The position numbers and the translations under genes are program-made. The notes below the pieces were generated by a model. That model saw only the letters and a program-made list of their open reading frames with translations. It was not told the DNA's origin and did not search any database. A stretch of DNA of 63,709 nucleotides, the filler included, from Licmophora abbreviata (lineage: Eukaryota): assembly GCA_900291995.1 (NCBI GenBank). It is 13 parts of 13 records of this genome, joined end to end, with 100 filler letters (N's around TTAATTAATTAA, not from the genome) between each part and the next. Parts side by side here need not be neighbours in the genome. Positions count along the whole stretch, not along the records: positions 43,484 to 46,756 come from OLMU01005094.1; positions 46,857 to 49,968 come from OLMU01005095.1; positions 50,069 to 54,986 come from OLMU01005096.1; positions 55,087 to 57,497 come from OLMU01005097.1; positions 57,598 to 58,749 come from OLMU01005100.1; positions 58,850 to 61,960 come from OLMU01005102.1; 7 more parts are not named here. One strand, given 5' to 3'. Of the stretch, positions 46,371-58,917 are shown in pieces (positions within the stretch are counted from its first letter, which is position 1; each line of letters starts with the position of its first letter).

Positions 46371-47852
46371 ATGACCAATACTACGCCCAACAACCGAATC
46401 AACAGCGCCGCAAACAAAGACGAGGACGCTGCGTCCTCTTCGGGATACTCGACGGATCGAGAGGAAACGGAGGAGCCCGAAACCCGAGAATCGGATGATT
46501 CAGATCTCATTGACGCCCACGTAGTGAGACACGATAGAACAATCCGTAGTGACACGAACCAAGTACGAGAACAGTCCAAGGAAAATGCCATTGCATGCAA
46601 CAGCAGTCGCAAGAGATCCTTGGCTACGACCACTACTAGTGTTTACCCATCCTCGAGTACTACTACTAGTAGTCTCAGCGGCTCCGACAACGACTCTACC
46701 TCGGACGACTCGATCGTTTGGAAGCACAAGTATCTCACCAAGAAGCGTCGCGTCCTNNNNNNNNNNNNNNNNNNNNNNNNNNNNNNNNNNNNNNNNNNNN
46801 TTAATTAATTAANNNNNNNNNNNNNNNNNNNNNNNNNNNNNNNNNNNNNNNNNNNNCAAGAAGCGTCGCGTCCTCCAACGCGCCTCCAACCTCATGCAGC
46901 AAGACGATCTCTACGCTGCGTCCGTTGCACGACAGTCCATGACACCCATGACTGACTCGGAACTGTGGAAGGAAGCCCGAGAACTCTTGGGGGAACTCGA
47001 TGGCAACGAAAGTCGCTATCATCCAAGCAACAATAGTACGAAAAAGAGAGTGCGCATTGTGGAACCTTCACGAAAACGACTTTCAGGAAGAATTGACTTG
47101 AGCTTTGTGCAGCGCTTTAGCTCCAACGAAATGATGGACGCAGACATGAAACATTTCTTGTTTCCCACTACTCTCTACGATGACAACCACAACCAGTGGA
47201 TGCCACGAGCCTTGAGTCAGATTCAAGAGGTGCATCGAGTCTCGGACGATAGCGAGACGGAAAAGAAGACAAGAGATGCCATTTTGGCTTCTCGGAAACC
47301 CGCTCTCCACCCAACGGGTTCCACAGATCTAGACCAGGCCCTCGCTCTCACTCCCACTGCCCAGTAAGTGATTGGTGTCGTGGCTGCTGTAATTAGCACT
47401 GACGGCGATGATATGCACCCCTCTCATTTTCTCTTTTCTTATTTCCTTCTTCCATTAAAAAATATAGACTCATGGCTCAAGCAGTCCCACCCTTTGCGGT
47501 GGTGCACGCAAACCGAGCCTTCTACAATCTCTCTGGTATCGCTCCCGTGGACATTGTGGAGAAGCCCATTGAAGATGTTGTCAAACTGACTGTCGCACAA
47601 GAGAATGACAACTCGTCACTTCTTGGGGCATATCTAGAACGACCAGTGGGCAACCAAAAGCAAATGCCATGTGAGATCCGAGTCTTGTCCGTGCACGAGC
47701 CGAGTAGTGAGGAAGAATCCGCTCCCTTCACCCACGTGCTCGTGCAGATATACCCGTCTTCGTCGGTACAAGCCCCACGAGTGGATGCGAATCGAGAACT
47801 AATGGAAAGACCCGTCATGGAGGGCAGTGGGGTGCTACTGGGCATTGGTTGA
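46371..47852 (+). CDS. Hypothetical protein with C-terminal PAS-like domain (paralog B), 2 exons, spans the overlapping linker
   Basis: The linker flanks share CAAGAAGCGTCGCGTCCT. Intron 47364-47467. LDQALALTPTAQLMAQAVPPFAVVHANRAFYNLSG...FTHVLVQI. Ends GIG*. Confidence 0.7.
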
Positions 47853-48047
47853 AGATCATGCATGATATGAAGCCTGGGGGCGGGGGGAGTTTTTTTCGTT
47901 CTTTCTATTATACATTGTTCTTATTGGGTAAAATTCATGAAACTTCGTTGATACGTACATGCTCGTTCATCCAGTTGGTAGAAGTCTAGTGCTACTGTGC
48001 TACCATGTGGATGAATCATTCTCATGGCGCTACTGCGAGCACTAGAG

Positions 48048-49304
48048 TCATGCAATGCGGTGGAACTCTTTCTTGTGACGAAATGTCAGACTGATTCGAT
48101 ATCCTCGTTCCACAAGCGTATTCACCGGTGCATTAGCACACTTGTCACTCGCATATTCCGAGTCGCAGTCTTGAAGAATCGAGTGACAGTAATGGCTATA
48201 GGCGTCACCACCAAAGACCAGCAGTGAGCCAGTACCGTGGAGCAGCACTTGTAAGGCGAGGTTGCTTGGTTCGGTAGAGCCAATTTCGTGCGTGGCGAGA
48301 CGTTTGGTAAAGTCAAGTAGAACAGGAGAACCGCCCATCGAGATTGTAGCAGTGGTGTCGTCGTAGAGTGGTCCGTCCGTGTGTGGCAGTATGCCTTGAC
48401 CCGACTGATACTCGTTAATCAGTACAGAGTTCGGTGTCCGTGTTTCCGGAAAGATCCCTGATCGTACCAATCCATTTGCGATTTGTTGAAGGGGGAGGGG
48501 AAGCAGACCTAGCGAAGAATCATCATGATTGTCATCACTACTGCCAGACTCAAACAAGCACACTCGTCTTTTGCCGTACGTCATGGTTGTCCACCTGTTG
48601 AATCGCTTCTGCGGTGCATCTGTGCTAGAGTTTTCGGGAAGACGCTGCAGCCACTGCAGCAGACGCTCTTGGTGTGCTTGATTCATGCATTGAGGGATGT
48701 AATAGACATTGTCAAGCGGTGGAGCCGCATCCTTCTCGTCCGCACGCAGCGGCGCTGATAGTCTGTGACGGACGCGATCCAAGCGGGGGAAGGATGCAAT
48801 CTCGGGCCAGTCGTCCGTGTTGACACTCCGTTCGTCAGGCGCTGCGTCTGCACCACAGGTTTCTTCTTGCTTCTCCTTCTTTCCAAAGACGATACTGCTG
48901 ATCGCTTGTTCTTTGGCCTGCCGCGATCGCTCCTCTTGGCGTCGCTGTCGTGCGAGACGTTTCTCTTGTCGCAGTAGGGCTCGAAAATCAATGGCGGGAT
49001 AGTCCGACGCGTCAACAGGCTGTACAGTGGGAAAAGGTGTCGTCGCGTTGTTCGTGAGAGCCGGCTCTTTGTCGCTGTCGCTGCTGCTTGTGGTCATCCT
49101 CGTTGTTTGTGGTGGGGTCATCCCGTGTCCGTCGTCTCCACCATCTCCGTGCTTCGCCGAACGCCGATGGTCGATTTGACTTTTGACTAGCTCGAATCGA
49201 AATCCATCCCACTGGCTTTCATGGCGCGCGCGGCGGTGGCGCGAACTCATCAAGCACGGCGCACCTCGCTCCCGCCTCATCGACATGATGCCGACACGAG
49301 CCAA
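48048..49304 (-). CDS. AlkB-family 2OG-Fe(II) dioxygenase, ALKBH6-like (start uncertain)
   Basis: PNSVLINEYQSGQGILPHTDGPLY (HxD), HSI and RGYRISLTFRH. Confidence 0.85.
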   Translation of the reverse strand: MARVGIMSMRRERGAPCLMSSRHRRARHESQWDGFRFELVKSQIDHRRSAKHGDGGDDGHGMTPPQTTRMTTSSSDSDKEPALTNNATTPFPTVQPVDASDYPAIDFRALLRQEKRLARQRRQEERSRQAKEQAISSIVFGKKEKQEETCGADAAPDERSVNTDDWPEIASFPRLDRVRHRLSAPLRADEKDAAPPLDNVYYIPQCMNQAHQERLLQWLQRLPENSSTDAPQKRFNRWTTMTYGKRRVCLFESGSSDDNHDDSSLGLLPLPLQQIANGLVRSGIFPETRTPNSVLINEYQSGQGILPHTDGPLYDDTTATISMGGSPVLLDFTKRLATHEIGSTEPSNLALQVLLHGTGSLLVFGGDAYSHYCHSILQDCDSEYASDKCANAPVNTLVERGYRISLTFRHKKEFHRIA

Positions 49305-49529
49305 AAGACGCGAACCCCTTCGAGAAGAAAGTGATAGCTATCGTTCCATAGTAGATCAGTATTATGCAAGTCCTACAATAACTCGGAATCTACTACTTAC
49401 TTTCTCTAGGCGTGATCATCGCTCCTCTTGGCTGGACTGGCTCGTCGTGCTTGCTTCTTGCTGTTCTTGTTTGCTGGCCTCCTTGCTCCGAGTCAAGACA
49501 TTTCCTACTTTCTCTCTCGAATGCTTCTA

Positions 49530-50278
49530 CTAGACGGGCACGAAGGACTTGTAGCAAGCTCCATACTCCTCCCTGTATATCAACAACGTACGAGCCAGCA
49601 ACACGCGATACACACAATTAGCCACATGTAAGTTCCTACAACAAGTATTTGTCAACAACAACAACAACAATCTCACGACTCATGATGACGATTGTACTTA
49701 CGGAACACTGTCAGTGTCTGTCCAGTAGTAGCAAGCACCTGGACTTTCGGTCATATTCATGGACGGAACACCGCACCACATGCATGGGCAGGCTCCAGTA
49801 CCAACGTTCGTTCCGACCGCGACACAATCGGCCGGGTCCAGGACACCCATGCATGGATTATTGTCGTCGTCGGGAGTCGGGTCAGAGCGATCGGTAGTAC
49901 TACCAGCTTTCGTAGAACCACTGGATCTCTCATCTCCAGTGTCTCCGCTCTTCTTCTTGGAACTCTTGNNNNNNNNNNNNNNNNNNNNNNNNNNNNNNNN
50001 NNNNNNNNNNNNTTAATTAATTAANNNNNNNNNNNNNNNNNNNNNNNNNNNNNNNNNNNNNNNNNNNNGCTCTTCTTCTTGGAACTCTTGCCGGATTTGG
50101 AGGATGGTAGGCGACGGAGGAGAAGCTCTTCGTCTCGGGAGTCTTCTTGTTGATCGTCTTCGTTTTCGTTCCTCACGAAGGATCCCTTCTTGACCAATCG
50201 ACGGCCAATTCTGGCCTGGGACGTGGTAGTAGACACGGTCAGTATGACCAAGAATAGGAGAGTGGTAGAGACCTTCAT
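49530..50278 (-). CDS. Small secreted Lys/Ser-rich protein with Cys-rich C-terminus
   Basis: Signal peptide MKVSTTLLFLVILTVSTTTSQA, two RRL sites and SSKSGKSSKKKS. Continues across the overlapping linker. A GT-AG intron precedes EEYGACYKSFVPV*. Confidence 0.65.
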
Positions 50279-50754
50279 GGTGTCTTTGTGGATTGGGCTT
50301 CTCGATGGCAGCGTTGCTGTGTTTGTGTGAAGGATCGTGTGTTTCGTTTTTGTGAGTGGTTTCATGAAAGCGAACGCTGTCGTAGCAGGCTGTAGATGCA
50401 GTACACATGCTAAGATTGTATCTTGGATAAATATAGATTTGCCTACCAGCATGAATACAATGAGAGAATTTTGAAGAACTTTACAGGGGACTCAACACTT
50501 AATGAATTTGGCACTTCTACAAAAGCCCTTTATTCCTTCGGAATGGAACGAGCTTGCCAATATCCGGGTCTTCCAGAGGAGTCTACGCTCGCACAGACAG
50601 GACTGAAAACTGAAAGCGGATCAGCCATGGGGCGCACAGACCACAACGGCTGCTGTCACGATCCTTGTCTGCCATTGCGCCTCTTTCTGTCTCTTCCCTG
50701 TGATCCTCCACGTCTATCTTACTTCCCAGTCGAATACAGGGAGGGGAAGAAACT

Positions 50755-53700
50755 ATGGAATCGAGAAAGGACTCGACGGACGAATCTTCGTCGCTCGCCT
50801 CCGACCCGCACAATGCTACGGCTGCTGCCAACAGCAACGGTACTCCTGCACCTTCTTCCCCTTTCATGGACTTGGAACACCTTACCGATCAGATCGTGTC
50901 TATCCTCAGACAGTCGGCAGTTCCCATGCTGGCCATTGTCGTCTCGTTCATCCTCACGGGGCAGTCTTACATACTCTACTCCTACGTACTGCTCCCCCTC
51001 TGGATGTTTGCCTGGCGGTTCCTGTCGACCGCACTGGGCGTGGCTTTGGGACTGGGACTCGCCACGTATGTTTACGATCGACTTGAGGTATGGCAACAGC
51101 AGCAGAAAGGCGAGGAACAAGAGAAGGCTCTGCAACGACGTCGCGTCGTTTCTTCCCACGGCCTGTTCAAGAAGTCTGCTGCTACTAGTACTACTAGACT
51201 CTGGACGAAAGATGGTGACGTTGATTCCTATGCAGCACTCATGGCGAGTGCTGGATATGACGTTTCGCAGGGTCGATTGCGTGGACAAGTCGTCGCCAGT
51301 GATGAGCATGACAGCACTGCTACAAACTACCCGTACACACACGTGTCAGACCCCCAGCAGCTGTTGGGATCGCGCATCATGAAGGAACAGTGTCCTCACT
51401 TACCAGATAACATTTCTTTGCAGCTGGGAAGATGGATTGAGCATGTACGTGTTTTGCGGAGGATATAGTGTGTGACTAAAAATGTGCTGACTGGACTGAC
51501 GCTTTTGCTTGTGGGCAGATTATTCGCGACTTTGTCGCCAGTTGGTATTCCATGATTGACGCTTCTTGTCCCTATCAAGACGAAAAGGAATATCAGAAGC
51601 AGCAACAGCAAAAGGATAATGTCAACAACAACGACAACACGACGCCGTCTTCCCGCAGCATGATTCTTCTCCAGCACCGTCCGATTCCCATGATGCATAC
51701 CATGTATCAAACTCTTGCGGTCATATTTGGAGAATTGAGTTCGCGTGCGGAGCATGTCAACGTACTGGAGCTCGTCTTGTTGAAGTGGACGCGTGTCCTC
51801 AGTATGACCTTGCGAACCTATCGACAATTGCGACAATTAGCTGTGACCAAACAGAGTATGCATCTTAGTGGTAGTGGTGAGAGGAGTGCAACTGATACAG
51901 CAGAAGAGCAAAGCAGCGCTGCAGATCCCAGCACGGCCAAGTCTAGTCGCACGATTGCTTCGGACAGTGTCAGTAGCAATCCAACGTCAAGCAGATCCAA
52001 GCGTGGGCGGTTTGTGCATCGGCCGGTGTCCGAAATGAGCATGACGAAGGAATTCTTGCTCGCGGGAAAGTTGCATCGAGCTTTGACATTTGGGATGGAT
52101 GTCCCGAGTTTATTATTTGCCGATCCTTCTGGAAAGGAGTGTGGGCGCAATGACCCGGGCGACGTGAACGCTTCTGGGACTGTCTCTTCTTCATCATTGA
52201 CGGAAGAGCGAGTGCTGGAAGACCGTTTGTTCTCAATGTTGAACGCCTGCGAACTGGATTACAATCGCGTATTGTCACATCGAATGTGCCGCGCCTTGTT
52301 GCCGCGCAATGAGTTCTCGTCGCCGATATTACGCACGCTCATGACGGAAATGATGGCGGGATGTATCTTGACACCCATCATGTCGTGTTTTGGTCCTGAC
52401 TATCTCAACTACTGGATTACACTGTGTGCTCCGGTGGAAGGCGAGAAATGCGACAATATCACAAATGGAGAAGTCGCAGAATTGTCAACAGAAAATAATG
52501 AAATCGACGAGGGAGTCGAAAATGGCTTCGAACGGGTACTGGAAGGCAACGGCGACGAGGGGTCGATCGATGTCGTCCACAGCGATGGTCGAGTCAACGA
52601 GCCGGAGGATGGAGAAAAAGCGAGCGAGGCGATTGAAATGACACTGAGCCAAGTTAGTTTCTCGTCAGAGGCACCAGCTCCGGATGGCAATAATGAAGAC
52701 AAATCTCATGATGGTACTGAAGAGGGCGATACAGACGCGGACTATGGGAAACAGAATGCTAAAGAACCAGAAGATTCTGGGGATCTTATTCTGCCATTGT
52801 TAACCATGGCCGTCATCGAGCTGCAGCGCTTTATGGATTTTGAAGAGTGTCGTGATGCGCGAATGCAACACGAGCAGATGGAGATCAAATGGACGGAGAC
52901 TGGCTGTAGGGAAGCGGTCCAGTCGCTCGTCCTGGTGATTGAAGCAGCTCTGATTCACGGACGAAGGGAGAAGCGACTGCTACCAAGAAGAGAAAATGGA
53001 GAGACAAGTGTAGAGAGCAGAGATGAGGATCTGCATGACGATGAGACCTCGTTCGATGACACATTATCTTCACTAAGTGATTCTTCCCTGCCGCAACTTC
53101 TGATGGAGATTACTAGTGATCTAGACGCGTTTGAGGCACTGGTTGCACAAGAGGAGGAGAATATGGAAAGAAGGAAAGCCTCTGTCTACGAGGAGTCTGA
53201 TGAAGAGTATGGAGGGCCTTTCAAGCCAACCGCGTCCGAACTGTCGACACTACGTACTCTCATATCTGCTTGGCTGCACACTGGACAAGCTTTTCGAACC
53301 GTTTCGGTGCTGATACGAGCGCGTCAATCTATCCTGGAACCCTATTTCAACGAAAATGCATTCATAAGAACGGAAGAAAACGCCTACGGTTTCGTGCGGC
53401 AATTGAAAGCATTGGACAATGTGGAGATTCTAGTGGACACAGCGGCTATTCTGGCTAGTGCAACGCTGGATGTGAGCGGGAAAGCAAATGTGTCCGGTCA
53501 ACTGTACACTTCGCCTTGTCCTGAAGGCGTCGAAGTATCGGCTTCGCCGGAAATTAATTGTGAAGTTCCGAGCTTAGGCCCACGATCAGGTGGTGCGCTC
53601 AGAGGCAGCCGACTGTCGAGATTCATCTCGGGAAGCAGCCCCGACTCTATCTCCGTTGTAGATTTGAATCACCAGAAGTCGATGTCAGCTTCTAGCAGGG

Positions 53701-56700
53701 TTGTTGGAGGATCATCGATCCCGCGATACCTGGACTTTCGAAGAAACCAAAATTTTGCATCGAGTTTGCGGTCTGAACGGGAGAGAAGACAGTTTTCCTG
53801 GAAGGCTGCTTCCAGCACGAAGGACAACAAGGGCTTGAAGATTGTTTCCCGGGTCAAAGGTTCCTCGGAGGAAGATATCACCCATTTTCGAGAACTTCAT
53901 CATATTGCACGAGTTATGTACACTGGGACAAACATCCTGGGCTTGAGAGACGGAGCAAGACGAAATGACGCCACGGGTAGTGTGGAATCCGCGACGCAAG
54001 CAAGCACCGTGACTGGGGATGATGAAGGAGAATTAACCCGTCTGTCTCTGCTAACAGTTGAAATGGCGAGTCCTCGCAGGCGGCTTGAAATTCCAGATGA
54101 TGATTCTTCGTTTTTGCTGCGAGCTCAGGTACGTTGCTTCAGTATGCATCAACATATGTTCGGATGGTTCGAACCCACTAACGTGCCGATGTGGTCTTTC
54201 TTGCTGCGAGTAAGCCAAGACCGCTAAATGCTCTTGGAGTACATCGGGACCAAATGAACCACGAGTCGAGCTACAAGTGTTTTGCAGCTACGTATGATGA
54301 GCCTGCCTTCCGGCCTGACTCGACACGGTACACTGGAGGCCGATATATTCGGCGTTGTCAGCTACGGTACTACCCCAGTGACCGCACGGCGGCAATTGTC
54401 GTTGTGAACGACGCCAGGAGTCTGGATCAGCGAAAAGAACACAAGCTGCCCCCGGAAACAATCACTGTGGGTGTACCATCTGCCTCCTCGCTGTCTGGCG
54501 ACTTCTTGCGCAAACGTCATCTGTGTCAGAAGTGGAATCCCAGGGGCGCGGCTCCACGTTCAGGGTCGATTCTCGCGAGTTCGGTCATGGAGCCGTCCGA
54601 CTTCAATGCAGTCCCTAGAGCAGGGAAAGCAATAGACTTTCCTATCGCATGTCGCTTTTTGAACGTCCAATGGTTGAATTGAGTGGGAAGTTATTCACAG
54701 TCTACGATTCAAACATATCTGGAACCCATCGTGCCGATGCGAGCGTGCTCGAGCTGAGTGATGCCTCGCTTAGCGCTGCGCTCTTTCTTGCTGGTCGTGA
54801 CTGGGAGAAACAGTCTAGTCAAGAAGGCAAAAAGATATGCGAGGATGAGGAAGAAACACAATCAAGAGTCGAAATGGGGAAAGATGGCTATCCCGTTCTG
54901 TGGATGAAATTCAGCCGCAAGCAAGGCGACAAGAATGTAGTTGAAATCAAGCCATATAGGACATCGTATGTCCGAGCTGCAATGATNNNNNNNNNNNNNN
55001 NNNNNNNNNNNNNNNNNNNNNNNNNNNNNNTTAATTAATTAANNNNNNNNNNNNNNNNNNNNNNNNNNNNNNNNNNNNNNNNNNNNCGTGACGCAGGCAG
55101 GGTAGTCGGATACAGATGTTTAATTCCTACTTTTTCTGTCTTTTCGTGTTTAGTGCCTCGTTCAGTGCGTCCGTGCTGGATCAGCACGGGAAGCGACACG
55201 GCAGCGAACCGAAGCCTTGATGCAGCCGACATTGAAGCTGCTTGAATTCGCGGCGAGTGATCAACGGGAGAAACAAGCAATTCTGCTACGCGATCTCAAG
55301 CTTGGAATCAACCACATCGACAGGGAACAGCTGCGCCGCAACTCGTTGTTATACCCTCGGTACCCGACGTTTCTTCGTTCGCTGAAGGCTACTGTCGAAG
55401 GAGCAATTCAAGCCAAGGATGCGGAAGCGGTCGATGGACCTGGGTCAATGACTGTCTATAAGATTCGATGCGTGGCACTGGTCGACATCATCGATACCGA
55501 AGAAGATGGCCTCGATCTGAGGGAGTATTGCTCCGCCGACGGCTCGAGATCCAGCCTTTTCCGCGAAGAGTGGGTGGTTCATCGGCCTTTCAAAGACTTC
55601 AATATTCTCCACAAGCATCTAAAAACGCAGGTTTCATCGTCTGAAACCTCTGCTAGCGCTGGAGCCCGGTTGGTAGGGGCTTTTAGTGCCGGTGGAAACA
55701 CAGCAGGACATCGTAGTCGAAAGTCTCTTATTCCGTCTCTTGGACAGGCAACCAAAGCTGGCGCTCTTGGCGTAACGAAGAAATCTCTACAGAAACGCCG
55801 CGCTATCTTGGACGAATACCTGAGGCATCTCTTATCGCCGTCACTTCCCATTAATCAATGTGCGGAACTGATGCTTTTCTTGGGCGCCAATCACCCTCTG
55901 CCCCCTGACGCTCGGACAGGAGCAGGAATGCTGAGCGGTCCGGATCATCTCGGAAGGACGGACATGTTCCGCACTGCACTCGACGACGTAGTACCTTCCA
56001 CTCACGAATCCATCTCCGTAACGTCGCCGCCAGGCAAGGACCTTCTTAAGTCAAACCTGGCGCTTGTAGAACCAGAGATAGCCGCGAGACCAACTGAAAG
56101 TATCAATGACTCATCATTGCGGTCTCCCGTGTCCGCGAAGAACCACGTTTCGACAACTCAGCTTGACATCAGTGAGGAGGACGATTCGAGCAGCTCTCAC
56201 GTCCGAGAGAAGACCATGCTTCCTTCCATCAAGGCCAAAATTGATCGAGTACCTTTATCGAAAGCTCGCAACGCTGTGTTTGAACTGATACGATCGCAGT
56301 TCGACTTCGAGAATGCTTCTTTTTTTCGAAATCGATTGCTCTCAGCACTGAAAACTATGTCGTTTGCTGTCACCGGTGCAGGAGAGTTTCGGAACACTCT
56401 TTACGATGCTCATGTCAATAACCTGAGCTCCGAGGCCCTTTCGGGCTGGCTTGATTACAGCCTTTCAATGCTGTGGCCTGAAGGCGTCTTCTTTGAGTCT
56501 TCGCCGCCGACAACCACTGAGGAAAGCAAGGATATGGCCGACAAGTCTCTGGCGATGCTTTCGACTCTTTTTCCTGACCAAGTACGGGCGATCATAGGTC
56601 AGGAGATAACGACGGCTGGCTTAGAGATGCTCCACGAGATGATCCAGAATCGCGCTGTAACGAAAAGCCTGGCCTACATGCTGTTTGATCTCCTGTGGGC

Positions 56701-56761
56701 AGAAATTTTCCCAGAACTGCAGGATACACTGAGCGGCTCACAAGCTTTGCAGACAGAGTAG
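50755..56761 (+). CDS. Sorting nexin of the PXA-PX-Nexin_C (SNX13/14/25, Mdm1-like) type, multi-exon, with a frameshift near 54640 and a gap
   Basis: N-terminal TM helices. PXA (RWIEH/IIRDFVASWY). PX (WVVHRPFKDFNILHKHLK, RRAILDEYL). Nexin_C (LWPEG...KSLAYMLFDLLWAEIFPEL). Confidence 0.82.
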
Positions 56762-57085
56762 ATCATTATCTCAAGAAGTGTTTTTATTTTAACCTGTCTT
56801 GAGGAGGCCTTGTTTCTGATTTGGCGTCAACGACGACTGTCATAGAGTACTAGTACTCGGAGTATTATTTACTAGAATACGAGGCGCGCCGAGTGCACTA
56901 TGATATCGATGTGCGTTCTAGTCTTCCACAGAACGCACTTGCCAGCAAACCTGATCCGAGGATACCAGAAACTGTTGGAGAGGACCCGCACCATACCAAC
57001 GTTAGTGCCAACGTCTTCACTCGGCCGTCCCTATCATACTGTAGCTAGAGAAGCGATCGACTCTGCGCGGATCGAAGGTATGACA

Positions 57086-57497
57086 TCAAGTCAAGAAGGG
57101 ATTCTGCGAGTGATGCCTAGAGTGATTGCTCTCGTCGGACTTCATTATCGAGTCCAAGAGAGAGGAGCCCAACAGCGATGACCCATCGTCCACACCGCTG
57201 AGAAAGGAAGCGCCGCGACCGTCATGATTCGCACCGTACGAACCAAACAGACGAGGGGTAGGAGAAAAGCCGTCCCCGTACTGACCTGTCATCGTCGTCG
57301 ACACCGCCGGCGCTGAAATAACAGTTGATGACATGAAAGGGTTGCTTGTTTCAATCTCGGAAGCTCCGAGCATGTCAAATACTGTGGGTTCAGATTGCAA
57401 TGGAGGCAGGGGTTGCACTTGAGGGCGAAGATGCCGGGAAAGGTCAATCCCTGGTACACTGGGAGGAAAGAATGATTCGTTCGCTACAAATCCGGGC
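57086..57497 (-). CDS. 3' fragment of an unknown low-complexity protein
   Basis: Open frame from the gap to the stop at 57086, containing NPF motifs (SNPF, QNPF). Confidence 0.4.
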
Positions 57498-57597
57498 NNN
57501 NNNNNNNNNNNNNNNNNNNNNNNNNNNNNNNNNNNNNNNNNTTAATTAATTAANNNNNNNNNNNNNNNNNNNNNNNNNNNNNNNNNNNNNNNNNNNN

Positions 57598-58749
57598 GCC
57601 AAAGATATGAAGATTGACGTCCTTGTTCCCGATGTCATTCCGATCATTGATGCAAATTCTGTTCGCTCCATGCTTCACTACGACAACAATGATTGTCATG
57701 TTGCGTTTGCTCCCTTACAGGAGATTGGCGTTCCTTTTGGAAAGATTCCTGCGATCTGGACCATGGATGTCTGTGCTGACGACGTCGGCAGCACGCTAAC
57801 TCCGACAGTAGTGTTTCAGAAAGGCGAATTCAAGAATTCTCTGCAGAACAAAATTATCTGGGACTTTGAATGCGAAGAAGGAGGACTTTTCGATGGGAGA
57901 CTTGGAAAATGCTGGTATTGCATTGTCGAAGTGGTTCCAGACCTTTCAAAGTTGGCAACCTTCGATCTGAATCCTCTACTGTACTACGGTACGAAAGGTG
58001 ACCTATCCGTCCCAACGTCCGATTCGACGGATCGATATTTTGCACCGCTAGAGCAAATTAACATCGATGACTTCGTTGATGCTTCAGCCCTCGTGCTCGA
58101 ACCCGTCAGCGGAAACTCAGTTCTGGCTTGCACGCTTTCGGGGTTCACCTACCAGAGCGCATATGCGGCACAGTCCATCGAGTTCAGCATTGAGAATCTT
58201 GACAATGCGCTAGCCTCTGTTGAGCTAGGCTATGCGCAGCAATGCTATCTCTGTGGTACGTTCTTCAAGGATTGCAAGAAGGTACCGACGCCTGGCTTAG
58301 TTTCCACCACAACCTACATCTGGCAGCTGGAAACATGTGGAAACTACATCTTCTTCGGAACTTTTGATCAAACGGGACCCTTGGGATCAGCTCTTTTATC
58401 TCTTATTCAGTTTCAGCTTGGCTTCGATTTGGAAGATCTGAATCTTCCTCCTGACTATGAAGGAGCTTTAGAAGAGGGACTAGGTGCTCTCTTGCTGAGT
58501 CTCTTCCTTCAGGATTTCATTACGAAGGACGATCTAGGCTTTGATGTGTGGTACATTCAGAAGAACAGCGTGAGTACCGGCTGGTTCAAGCCTCTTGTCG
58601 TGGATGGGTTCAGAGGACTTGAGCCTAAAAGCGAGACTAGCCTAACCATGAAGGGAGACAGGGCAGCGGGCTGTGATAATGACTTTTGGAAGGAGTATGA
58701 CTCCATGGCTCCAATCACCAACGGAGTGAGGAAGATGGTTTGCCATTCG
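57598..58749 (+). CDS. Internal fragment of an unknown protein, paralog of 60284-62328
   Basis: Open frame between two linkers. Shares IIWDF, PLLYYGTK, DDFxDASALVLEP, TTTYIWQ, YIFFGT, GFDxWY and DGFRGL with the downstream gene. Confidence 0.75.
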
Positions 58750-58917
58750 NNNNNNNNNNNNNNNNNNNNNNNNNNNNNNNNNNNNNNNNNNNNTTAATTA
58801 ATTAANNNNNNNNNNNNNNNNNNNNNNNNNNNNNNNNNNNNNNNNNNNNGTAGCGTATTATACTTCGTATCACTTTCAACTCCTCCAAAGCCGTTCTGCT
58901 GTGGCCTTCATACGACG

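Noticed and set aside
50423..51382. 319-aa ORF overlapping the sorting nexin 5' exon
   Set aside because: It is an alternative frame with no protein-like features. The 50755 frame carries the TM helices and PXA start.
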